A stretch of DNA of 64,000 nucleotides from positions 124,001 to 188,000 of the IMG/VR virus record IMGVR_UViG_3300020477_000990, one strand, 5' to 3'. The translations under genes and the position numbers were made by a program. The notes beneath the pieces were generated by a model, which did not search any database, was not told the origin of the DNA, and worked only from the letters and a program-made list of their open reading frames with translations. This document shows positions 15,005 to 23,434 of this stretch, piece by piece (the stretch's first letter is position 1; every line of letters starts with the position of its first letter).

Positions 15005-16165
15005 TGAAATTTATTTCGTAAAAGAAAAATAAAAAAATAAAATAATTTTCCCCTGGCCGACCATGTAAATATTCGCACCCTAAAATCGAGGAGACCTAGG
15101 CTATGACGGACGTTATATTTTTTGGGTAAAAAAGGAGAGGTGTAATATAAAGGGCGGTGCTAAAAAAATTGCAGTAAAAAATTTTTAGTTAAACATATAG
15201 AAATCTGTAATGTAGTATTTTTAATAGAAAACAACCCATATATCCAATATACCCCGCGGCAAGAACAATGATGAACTCAACAGAAACGACAGTAGATCAA
15301 CTGTTATAAAGATTGTTGTCCCCCATTCTTATGAAGCAGTAAAGAACTGTGAACTCACAATGAGCTACACAATGAATCCACGATGAAGCATTGTGATGAT
15401 GCTTAAAAATTAAAATGCTATAAAAAATAGCATTTATAACAATACCTCGCGGGAGAGGTATAACTTAATGGATCACTATGACGCTAAAATGGAAAACTGT
15501 GGTAACTGTTAAGGGCTCAACAATTATAGGTTTCTAACCTACAAATATCATGTAGCCAAATATAAACCACCATACAAGTGCTATTAAAATCAACACTATT
15601 GTTGCTATGTCATCACGCATAACACTATTTAAGCAGAGGCATTAACAAACAGGACACACGGGCTTTAAAATAGGATTAAAGGCTCTTATATACGTAGTAC
15701 TAGCTATGCTTATGAACTGTACGCAAATATGCGTTAGGCCTGTTTGTAGCATACTGCTACGGTGAAGTGATTAGTCTACGGAGTGTAATAAACTGTAACA
15801 ATCTTAATAGCTATTAGGCATGGTGGGGCATGGTGGTTGCTGTAGTTAAGAGTCTTCTGCGAGAGCTGGAAAAGGAACGTAAGTTCCGTTCCACTAGCGA
15901 GCAGATATATCCGTATGAACGAGCTATATTATATCCTTTTAATAAAGTTTATTAGATTTTGTAATTTTGGTCGCAAATACAAGCAAATACAATTATAACC
16001 GCCGCACATACAAACTATACAATATAAACCCCACATACACCGCAAATACAATATAATACTATATACCCCGCACATACAAAAAATCGCAAATACAAACTAT
16101 GCAATATAAACACCCCTACAAAAAAATTTTCGCATACACATAAAATACAATATACGCCCCTTGCG
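15005..16165. other. Second large non-coding element (candidate terminus / pac / origin)
   Basis: No ORF of 60 aa or more in about 1.2 kb; many short inverted repeats; repeat array at right end. Confidence 0.7.
15973..16150 (+). repeat. GCA(A/C)ATACAA repeat array, strongly A/C-skewed
   Basis: Exact copies at 15973, 15983, 16004, 16042, 16070, 16086 plus degenerate copies. Confidence 0.9.
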
Positions 16166-16176
16166 TAAATACTATT

Positions 16177-16503
16177 ATGGAACTGTTGATTAAAGCAATT
16201 ATAGGTGGTATCATTATAGCTACAGTTAGTACTATCGGAGGACGTTATCCTACTGTAGGAGCATTTGTATTAGGTATACCATTAGCAACATTTGTTTCAT
16301 TTATCTTTATGCACTATGCAGGTGTTGACATACAAACATTTAAACTCATTAGTATACAGACTGTATACTTTGTTCTAGTCAGCTTATTGTTCTTTCCGGT
16401 GTTCATATATATGATATCCACTCATGGCTTTTGGATATCAATGCTAGTTTCAGTACTAATTACAGGTACCTTAATGATGTGTTTATTCAAGTATATACAA
16501 TAA
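16177..16503 (+). CDS. DUF3147/GlpM-like 4-TM membrane protein
   Basis: LLIKAIIGGIIIATVSTIGGRYPTVGAFVLGIPL pattern. Confidence 0.7.
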   Translation: MELLIKAIIGGIIIATVSTIGGRYPTVGAFVLGIPLATFVSFIFMHYAGVDIQTFKLISIQTVYFVLVSLLFFPVFIYMISTHGFWISMLVSVLITGTLMMCLFKYIQ

Positions 16504-16511
16504 ATATTTGT

Positions 16512-16592
16512 ATGGAATCGTATGTAATACAAGGTATATTAATTATAGTTGTAGTAGTTTTTGCTATGTACATGGGAATATACGTGTGGTAA
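16512..16592 (+). CDS. 26-aa TM peptide
   Basis: MESYVIQGILIIVVVVFAMYMGIYVW; ATG 5 nt after TAAATA. Confidence 0.5.
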   Translation: MESYVIQGILIIVVVVFAMYMGIYVW

Positions 16593-16596
16593 TGTT

Positions 16597-16692
16597 ATGG
16601 AACTGTTTAAAATAGTCTTAGGACTGTTTGCACTTTTTATAATAATAGCATTTGCACTAGGTTACATTCATGGAACATTGATTTGGTTATAA
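16597..16692 (+). CDS. 31-aa TM peptide
   Basis: MELFKIVLGLFALFIIIAFALGYIHGTLIWL. Confidence 0.5.
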   Translation: MELFKIVLGLFALFIIIAFALGYIHGTLIWL

Positions 16693-16693
16693 T

Positions 16694-16909
16694 ATGAGTT
16701 TTGAAAAAACACATAATCAATTCCATAAAGTTTATATGCACAATGTTGATAATGGAAAGACTGATACGATTTATTTAGGTTACTATACTAAACGTCTAGC
16801 TTGGCAAGAATTTAAAGAATTAAGAGATTCAAACAAATGGACTTGTATAGTATTTGATGATATAACTAAAGAAGAATTTGATAAAAGAATAAAAAGGTAT
16901 ACACCATAA
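16694..16909 (+). CDS. Hypothetical protein
   Basis: Packed ORF. Confidence 0.65.
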   Translation: MSFEKTHNQFHKVYMHNVDNGKTDTIYLGYYTKRLAWQEFKELRDSNKWTCIVFDDITKEEFDKRIKRYTP

Positions 16910-17133
16910 TGTGGGAACTAATAGCAATACTATGTACGATTGAAGGTTGTCAAGTATTTCCTGATGACGAAGGACGTGTATTTGAAGATATGCGTAAATG
17001 TGAAGAGTATGCTGAATATAGATTTTATGATACTATGGAAGAAATAAAGTTACGTGAAGCAGAAGGTCGTATGCACAAACAGTACTATTTTGAAGTAGGC
17101 TGTGAAAAGTATGATATAAACATAGACTCATGA
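16909..17133 (+). CDS. Small secreted-type Cys protein
   Basis: Hydrophobic N-terminus, FEDMRKCEEYA motif; resembles 17827..18138. Confidence 0.65.
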   Translation: MWELIAILCTIEGCQVFPDDEGRVFEDMRKCEEYAEYRFYDTMEEIKLREAEGRMHKQYYFEVGCEKYDINIDS

Positions 17134-17366
17134 AATGGTCATTAAACAAACGTAGGATGTGGTATAAACTAACAGGCATACCTATTTGGCTACATACTCA
17201 TTGCGTTAATAAAGAAACTGAACTACCATTGTTTAAAGATAAGTTTTGGGTAGAAGGTTGGAAATGCCAAGATTGTAATATGACTATTACAGAGCAAGAT
17301 GAATTTAATAGAAAAGTACTTGGTGAATATACAATTAATACGTTAGATCCTAAAGCATTTATGTAG
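17130..17366 (+). CDS. Possible zinc-binding small protein
   Basis: HTHC...WKCQDC. Confidence 0.6.
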   Translation: MKWSLNKRRMWYKLTGIPIWLHTHCVNKETELPLFKDKFWVEGWKCQDCNMTITEQDEFNRKVLGEYTINTLDPKAFM

Positions 17367-17367
17367 G

Positions 17368-17409
17368 TTGACAACATATTACAACTATAATACAATAATA
17401 TGATAAGTA
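17368..17409 (+). promoter_or_regulatory. Dual promoter for rplL: sigma70 plus TAAGTA late-type box
   Basis: TTGACA 17368-17373, 17 nt, TACAAT 17391-17396; TAAGTA 17404-17409. Confidence 0.6.
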
Positions 17410-17440
17410 TGTATTAACCAAGTATATAATGAAAGGCTTT

Positions 17441-17827
17441 ATGACAGAAGAAGCAAATAAAATAGAAGTATTAGTAAAACAGTTAGGGCAACTAACAGTA
17501 GTAGAAGCAGGTCAACTTGCAAAACAATTAGAAAAAGAATGGGACCTAGATTTAGATTCATTAACAGCAGGTGCTGGTGCTCAAGCGGCGGCTCCAGTAG
17601 ATGAAGGCAAAACAGAATTTGATGTATTACTTACAGGCTTTGACGATAGTAAAAAAATTGCAGTACTTAAAGCAATTAAAACAATTAAAGATATAGGCTT
17701 AATGGACGCAAAAAAATTTGTGGAAGGAGATTTACCGGCAACAGTAGCAGACGAAGTTTCAAAAGAACAAGCTGAAAAATTTAAAAAAGAAATTGAAGAT
17801 GCTGGTGGACAGGTACAATTAAAATAA
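17441..17827 (+). CDS. rplL: 50S ribosomal protein bL12 (L7/L12), full length
   Basis: NTD LGQLTVVEAGQLAKQLEKEW, Ala-rich hinge, CTD KTEFDVLL...KKIAVLKAI...GLMDAKKFVE...AEKFKKEIEDAGGQVQLK; SD AAAGG before ATG 17441. Confidence 0.95.
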   Translation: MTEEANKIEVLVKQLGQLTVVEAGQLAKQLEKEWDLDLDSLTAGAGAQAAAPVDEGKTEFDVLLTGFDDSKKIAVLKAIKTIKDIGLMDAKKFVEGDLPATVADEVSKEQAEKFKKEIEDAGGQVQLK

Positions 17828-18138
17828 TGTTTAAAATTTTAGTATTAGCATATCTCATTGGACAAGACCCTATAGCAACGCAACAAACATTTGCTATGGA
17901 AAAAACATTTAGTACAATGGAAGAATGTAAAATAGAATTAATGATGCAAACTCGTGATAACGGAACTTATGATGTGTTATGGGAATTTGTAGAAGACATG
18001 GATTTCAAATATGATTGGTTAGTAGCTGGTTGTAAGAATGAAGAAACCGGAGAGGAGTTTCAAATTAGTCCAGAATATCCGTTAGGTAAACCTGACGAAT
18101 TACAAGATGTGGCAGTTGATAAACAGTTAGAAGTATGA
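17827..18138 (+). CDS. Small secreted-type protein
   Basis: MFKILVLAYLIG signal-like start; FSTMEECKIEL. Confidence 0.7.
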   Translation: MFKILVLAYLIGQDPIATQQTFAMEKTFSTMEECKIELMMQTRDNGTYDVLWEFVEDMDFKYDWLVAGCKNEETGEEFQISPEYPLGKPDELQDVAVDKQLEV

Positions 18139-18260
18139 CGTGGTTGTTAATAGGAATAGTATTAGGTTTTACAATTAGAGTTTATATGTCGCCACCACAT
18201 AAATCAGAAAAAGAAAAGTTTGAAGATAAATGGAATTGGACTGGATTTGGAGGAGGTTAA
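18135..18260 (+). CDS. 41-aa TM peptide
   Basis: MTWLLIGIVLGFTIRVYMSPPHKSEKEKFEDKWNWTGFGGG; ATGA overlap. Confidence 0.55.
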   Translation: MTWLLIGIVLGFTIRVYMSPPHKSEKEKFEDKWNWTGFGGG

Positions 18261-18276
18261 TTTATAGGTAAACACA

Positions 18277-18639
18277 ATGAACCAGAAGTTGTTTAAAATT
18301 TTATTATATACATTTATGTTTTCCGGAATAGCCAATGCAAATGAAAACGAGCAAAATATAGAACTGGTTACAAAGAAGTTTGCAAACCATTTACTCCATG
18401 AAGTTGTCCCAGAAATAACAATACCAGAATATCTAAAAAATAAATTACCAGACAGTATTAGTTTTAGTGGCTTTGATGAAATGCATTATGATCGTAATGG
18501 TAACACTTACACCATAGATCCATTTAATCCAATTGATAAAATAGAATATAATTTTGGAGAAGATAAAAATAAATCAATAACTTATGACAGTAATGGTCAA
18601 GTGTACTTTCAATTTAAAAAATCATTTAACTGGAAATAA
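18277..18639 (+). CDS. Secreted/outer-membrane hypothetical protein
   Basis: Signal peptide ending GIANA; C-terminal YFQFKKSFNWK. Confidence 0.65.
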   Translation: MNQKLFKILLYTFMFSGIANANENEQNIELVTKKFANHLLHEVVPEITIPEYLKNKLPDSISFSGFDEMHYDRNGNTYTIDPFNPIDKIEYNFGEDKNKSITYDSNGQVYFQFKKSFNWK

Positions 18640-19467
18640 TAAATTATTAGCTTCTGTATAAAGTTGATTACCAAATTCTTTATGCACACTAGGACCCAAA
18701 TGCCAACCATCTCTAGCATTATCATCACGACCTAATTTTTCTTTAACGGCAGAGTGTACAGTTTTTAAATCACGGACTTTTAAACTTATTAGCCTTGTGT
18801 TCTTACAAATAAGATTTACCATATTAAAGTTTTTTATAAAATTTTCTCTAACAGTAATGTTATCAAATCCTGCAGATCGATCTGGTACAATTTTTTTATG
18901 TATAACAGTTCCATCTTCTTGAATAAACTCTCCCCAGTTTAACCAAGCATATAATACGACAACAAGATCAGGTTTAATAGTGTCAATTGATCTATAAAGT
19001 AATCTTGTAATGTAATCATTAGGAACACCAGCTACACCTAAATTAATAAGTTTAGTATTGTTTATTTTTTCTTTATTAAATCTTTGTTTTAAATGATACG
19101 GCCATATTTGTTTGTCATCTAAACCAGTACCAAACGTACTACTTGAACCACAAACTAATATTGTAAAATTTGAAGGAGAATCTATTTCATCTCCTCTATA
19201 ACCTAAACTGTTAAAAGTATAGTTAACATTATCCGATGTATAGTTCCAATCTTTATGAGGTGGGTTTAATTTTAAATTGTTAAAGTTTTTTTCATTGTCT
19301 ATTGAAAACCATTTAGCAGTTGAGTTTCGTTTAACACCTTTAACCCAATCACATTGTAACCCATTAGTTTCATCTATCCATTTAAATGATTTTGCTTCGT
19401 TGATAATATCAGGTACACCTAATGTCCAATATTGATCATTAATATCCGTTGTCGTTAAAGTCGTCAT
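18622..19467 (-). CDS. SGNH/GDSL-like protein
   Basis: VCGSSSTFG, NLGVAGVPND, DGWH. Confidence 0.7.
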   Translation of the reverse strand: MTTLTTTDINDQYWTLGVPDIINEAKSFKWIDETNGLQCDWVKGVKRNSTAKWFSIDNEKNFNNLKLNPPHKDWNYTSDNVNYTFNSLGYRGDEIDSPSNFTILVCGSSSTFGTGLDDKQIWPYHLKQRFNKEKINNTKLINLGVAGVPNDYITRLLYRSIDTIKPDLVVVLYAWLNWGEFIQEDGTVIHKKIVPDRSAGFDNITVRENFIKNFNMVNLICKNTRLISLKVRDLKTVHSAVKEKLGRDDNARDGWHLGPSVHKEFGNQLYTEANNLLFPVK

Positions 19468-19759
19468 ATAGTGTGTACGTGGCAGTTAATTCATCACCTG
19501 CTTTAATTGGTCTAATAGTCATTAAATAACACACAGGTTTTTGATGCCAATATCCTTTTATATTTCTGCAATTTGGATTATCTGAATGATTATAAAATGC
19601 ACCTAAGGCAGTTCTAATCGCACCATGTGGAAAGTTTTTATCTAATATATGAACAATACCTAATACAATATCTTCTTTAAAATCTTTAGTAGCAAATAAT
19701 CCTAATCCTTGCACATTAGATTCTTTGATAGTAATTCCGTCTGGTAGTGGCTTGTACAT
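19439..19759 (-). CDS. SET-domain protein (lysine methyltransferase fold)
   Basis: GLGLFAT...NHSDNPN...IKAGDELTATY. Confidence 0.85.
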   Translation of the reverse strand: MYKPLPDGITIKESNVQGLGLFATKDFKEDIVLGIVHILDKNFPHGAIRTALGAFYNHSDNPNCRNIKGYWHQKPVCYLMTIRPIKAGDELTATYTLYDDFNDNGY

Positions 19760-19763
19760 AATA

Positions 19764-20045
19764 TTAATCTAAGTCTAAGTGGTCGTCAGTTTCAACTAAT
19801 GGTAAAATAGTTCCATCATACATTGGTTCGCTGTGGTCACCCCAACCTAGAAGATCATACTCTTCTCTAGTAATACTCCATTCAGAAGTAAGAACTAGAT
19901 CATTGCCAACCATTGCTTTTTTAAATTTAATTCTTCCATTAGCATTAGCCTGTGTACCCATGTTTGTACTTGATGTTCCTTCTAACCATGCATTTACTAT
20001 ATCAACTGCGTTATCAGTACCGTCTGTTTTAAAAGATATAATCAT
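19764..20045 (-). CDS. Hypothetical protein
   Basis: SD AGGA; TAAATA upstream at 20077-20072. Confidence 0.7.
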   Translation of the reverse strand: MIISFKTDGTDNAVDIVNAWLEGTSSTNMGTQANANGRIKFKKAMVGNDLVLTSEWSITREEYDLLGWGDHSEPMYDGTILPLVETDDHLDLD

Positions 20046-20074
20046 AATAATCCTTGTTTCCTGTAAATATATAT

Positions 20075-20239
20075 TTATTGTTTATTCTTTTTTAATTTAG
20101 CAATACGTTCTTTTTTAGCTTTAATGCTTTGATCATAGCTCATACGTAATTCTTTTATTTCTTCAATAACACGATCGGCAAAGTCTTTTCTAGCTTTTCT
20201 TATATTTTTTTCTGTACCCACCCAAATAACTTTGATCAT
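20075..20239 (-). CDS. 54-aa basic protein (not in ORF track)
   Basis: MIKVIWVGTEKNIRKARKDFADRVIEEIKELRMSYDQ...; ATGA overlap. Confidence 0.55.
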   Translation of the reverse strand: MIKVIWVGTEKNIRKARKDFADRVIEEIKELRMSYDQSIKAKKERIAKLKKNKQ

Positions 20240-20448
20240 TTAACCCGGCTATCGTAGACATATTCACGTCCACGCATTTCACAAATCCAAACACTTCCAC
20301 GATACTGTTTAAATACCATTTTAATAGATTTTTCTAGGATTATTGTTTTATCACCATTTGGATGATTTTTAATTACTACTCCATTAGCAGTAACGCCATT
20401 ATCTGTACAGGTAATTTTTACTATTTCTTCTTCTTGTTCTCTATACAT
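20236..20448 (-). CDS. Hypothetical protein
   Basis: Promoter TTGACA upstream near 20485-20480. Confidence 0.7.
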   Translation of the reverse strand: MYREQEEEIVKITCTDNGVTANGVVIKNHPNGDKTIILEKSIKMVFKQYRGSVWICEMRGREYVYDSRVK

Positions 20449-20485
20449 ATAATTTATAATATACTACAATATTAAAATTTGTCAA

Positions 20486-20821
20486 CTATAATATTTTTAA
20501 TTTAAAGTTAAAGCAATCTGTTTTCTTTTGAAAAGTCATAACAGCCCGTTGTCTAGCTGGCCAAGAACGTGATGGTTGACAATCTTCAAAGAACCACCCA
20601 AACTTACCATCACAATATTTGTCACACCAATTAATAATTTTCATATTAATATCTAACTTAACTAATGGAACATTATATTTAAAAGATTGATTAAATCCAC
20701 AACCTTTTCTTATAAGGCCGTTATTTTCTAAACGACAATCATCATATAACCAATCACTATCCATAATACCACTTTTAACGGCTTCTCTTATATTTCTTTT
20801 AATTACAGCACGATTAATCAT
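20486..20821 (-). CDS. Hypothetical protein
   Basis: WCDKYCDGKFGW...F...DCFNFKL pattern. Confidence 0.65.
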   Translation of the reverse strand: MINRAVIKRNIREAVKSGIMDSDWLYDDCRLENNGLIRKGCGFNQSFKYNVPLVKLDINMKIINWCDKYCDGKFGWFFEDCQPSRSWPARQRAVMTFQKKTDCFNFKLKIL

Positions 20822-20898
20822 TTTTTGTAATAGTGTATGACTAATAATACTCCTACAACAATAATAGTTGCGTATGTAAAAGCAGTATAACTATCCAT
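20818..20898 (-). CDS. 26-aa TM peptide
   Basis: MDSYTAFTYATIIVVGVLLVIHYYKK. Confidence 0.45.
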   Translation of the reverse strand: MDSYTAFTYATIIVVGVLLVIHYYKK

Positions 20899-20900
20899 GT

Positions 20901-21011
20901 TTATCTGTAAATAAAAGGATCTTGTTTCTTTAGTTTTTTAATTTTTTTACGGTATGCTCGCCAGATTTTAAAGTCAACCCATTTGTCTTTTAACCATCTA
21001 ATAATAAACAT
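20901..21011 (-). CDS. 36-aa basic peptide
   Basis: MFIIRWLKDKWVDFKIWRAYRKKIKKLKKQDPFIYR. Confidence 0.5.
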   Translation of the reverse strand: MFIIRWLKDKWVDFKIWRAYRKKIKKLKKQDPFIYR

Positions 21012-21013
21012 AC

Positions 21014-22195
21014 TTAATCCCTTTTGTAATATTTATATTCAGTAATGTCAGCTAGTTCTGGAAACACGTCTTCAAAGTGTTCATTTCGAAATTTATCTAC
21101 ACGTAGCGTCCAGTCAATAAATTTCATCCAATCATGATATCCATAATCATCTTGATTCATATAATCAATAAATGTTTGTATATCTTTATTTTTATGTTCT
21201 AGTAATTTATTAGAAATAGATCTTTTAGCATCGTTAGGTAAACATTTAATATTATAATGCATTGGATAGTGCAAACTATTTAGATATACACTTATACCAA
21301 ATTCTTTAGCCCATGCTAAAAATTCGGGTATGTATAGCACGTTAAAGACGTTGATTGTATGACATATACCAACAGTAAATTTTTTACTTTGTTTATTTTT
21401 AAATTCATTAATAACGTGTAATGCATTTTTCCATTTAGCAGGATGCCTTTGGTATTCAAATTGCTTACCAATACCATCTATAGAAAATTGAATGTCAACA
21501 GACTTAAAGTGGGGCCATATACTTTGCAATGCTTCATTAGGTAATTGTGTTCCATTTGTATTATAATGAATTCCTATGTTTTTAGCATAACCTTGTTCAA
21601 CGCAAAATTGTAATAACTCAAATTGTTCTTTAATTAAAAAAGGTTCTCCTCCAGTAAAGTCGATATATTCTAATGTTGGTAATAATTCTTTAAGCTCACG
21701 CCAAAACTTTTTGTTAGTTTCTGGCCATCCATGCCTAGTGTGTTTTTCTATAGTGTTATCTTCTTTATCATAATGTTGTTGTTCAGCTATCCATTTACTA
21801 GAAGAATGTGTTCCACATATACGACATTTTAAATTACAAATGTTTCCTAGTTTTAAATCAAGATATTTTAACTTAGGTTCCTGTATTATTTCCTTTGTAA
21901 AATGATGTTGATATTTTTTATTATCTCTAATTCTTTTTGAAACTTTACCACTTGCTTCTTCACTCCAGCATTTAGCACACCCACTAGGTTTTTTACCATT
22001 TAGGAATTCTTTTCTTAGGTTTCTATAATAATCACTATTCCAAGCGTCATCAAATGTGTTATTAGATAAATTGAATGGTTGCTTGTTTTTATCAGTCATG
22101 TTATTATTATACATACAGCAAGGTTTAATCCACCCTGCGGCTGTGGACTCTAATGAGATCCATGGTAATATACAAAATGATTTAGGTACGTGCAT
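21014..22195 (-). CDS. Radical SAM protein with N-terminal twitch/SPASM-like Cys cluster
   Basis: CNLKCRIC; FCILPW...PCC...CAKCW; FTGGEP; YNTNG; start 22195 is 5 nt after TAAATA. Confidence 0.9.
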   Translation of the reverse strand: MHVPKSFCILPWISLESTAAGWIKPCCMYNNNMTDKNKQPFNLSNNTFDDAWNSDYYRNLRKEFLNGKKPSGCAKCWSEEASGKVSKRIRDNKKYQHHFTKEIIQEPKLKYLDLKLGNICNLKCRICGTHSSSKWIAEQQHYDKEDNTIEKHTRHGWPETNKKFWRELKELLPTLEYIDFTGGEPFLIKEQFELLQFCVEQGYAKNIGIHYNTNGTQLPNEALQSIWPHFKSVDIQFSIDGIGKQFEYQRHPAKWKNALHVINEFKNKQSKKFTVGICHTINVFNVLYIPEFLAWAKEFGISVYLNSLHYPMHYNIKCLPNDAKRSISNKLLEHKNKDIQTFIDYMNQDDYGYHDWMKFIDWTLRVDKFRNEHFEDVFPELADITEYKYYKRD

Positions 22196-22227
22196 AACTA
22201 TATTTAACATAGCACAAAAAGGATAAA

Positions 22228-22629
22228 ATGTCTATAGAAGAAAAATATAAGAGCTATCAAGAACAATTAGAAGTACTTACTGAAAATATGGACAAATATC
22301 AGTACCTAATTAACATTGGGTCAAAAAATTCGATGCCAGAAGAATATAAATTAGACTCATTTAAAGTACATGGCTGTATGAGTCAAGTATGGCTAGTACC
22401 AAAATATAATGAAGGTAAAATAACTTTTATGGCTGACTCTGATGCACATATTACTAGAGGAGTAGTTACTATGGTAGCAGATATTTTTAGTGGGTCAACA
22501 GCAAAACAAATACAAGAAACAAATATTGATACTATAATTAATGGACTAGGTTTATTAAGTATTTTATCGCCCAATCGACGTAATGGTGCTTATAATATGT
22601 TTCATAAGGTAAAAGATTATGCCAACTAA
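22228..22629 (+). CDS. sufE: SufE family Fe-S sulfur-transfer protein
   Basis: KVHGCMSQVWL, ADSDAHITRG, LSPNRRNG. Confidence 0.9.
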   Translation: MSIEEKYKSYQEQLEVLTENMDKYQYLINIGSKNSMPEEYKLDSFKVHGCMSQVWLVPKYNEGKITFMADSDAHITRGVVTMVADIFSGSTAKQIQETNIDTIINGLGLLSILSPNRRNGAYNMFHKVKDYAN

Positions 22630-23434
22630 AATAGCTTGTATTGGTTGCAGTTGGACTGAAGGTATTGCAGTAGATGGTCAACTTATGGACCACCAAGATA
22701 CATATCCATATCTATTATCTAAATACTTAAGAGAAAATGCAAAAAATAATGTTATGTATAATGCTGGAAGGTCGGCGGCAGGAACAGAGTATTATCATTT
22801 AGTTACTGATTATCTAATTAAAAAATTTAATCCAGATATCTTTGTTATACAATTTACAACACATGATCGTGGAATATTACCGTTAGATCCAATTGATGAA
22901 AACGAGAAAAGATTAAATTTTGGTTATGATACTATTGATAACACTTATTGTAAAATTTGGGATAACAATAAAAGTATAATGCATTTAAGTCCTGGAATGG
23001 GTGCAAGTGCCAGTAAGCATAGTTCAGAAACACAATGGGATGGTTTAATAGATAAAATTTATAACGAACGAATAAAAGGAAAAATGGCTCCAGAAGTTGA
23101 ATTAGATACATTAAAAAAATATATTGCGTTGTGGTGGGAGCAATCAAAAAATTCAGATATACAAAAATATTTTTATTATTCTCATATGTATAGTTTGCTT
23201 GATTATTTAGAAGAATTAGGAAAGCAAGTAATTCCTTTTCATTGGATGAGATATAAACCAGAATTTAGAACTAAACTTTTTGAATTGAGACCATATCCAT
23301 CTATAGAAGGATTTTTAGGTAATAAACGTTTTAAAGATTTAACTCACGATAACGGATTTCATTTTGGTGTAGAAGGACACACTACGATAGTTCAGGAACT
23401 TTTAGGTCCTGCAATTCAGGAAATAATTCAATAG
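22619..23434 (+). CDS. SGNH/GDSL-like protein
   Basis: CIGCSWTEG, NAGRSAAG, DNGFH. Confidence 0.7.
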   Translation: MPTKIACIGCSWTEGIAVDGQLMDHQDTYPYLLSKYLRENAKNNVMYNAGRSAAGTEYYHLVTDYLIKKFNPDIFVIQFTTHDRGILPLDPIDENEKRLNFGYDTIDNTYCKIWDNNKSIMHLSPGMGASASKHSSETQWDGLIDKIYNERIKGKMAPEVELDTLKKYIALWWEQSKNSDIQKYFYYSHMYSLLDYLEELGKQVIPFHWMRYKPEFRTKLFELRPYPSIEGFLGNKRFKDLTHDNGFHFGVEGHTTIVQELLGPAIQEIIQ

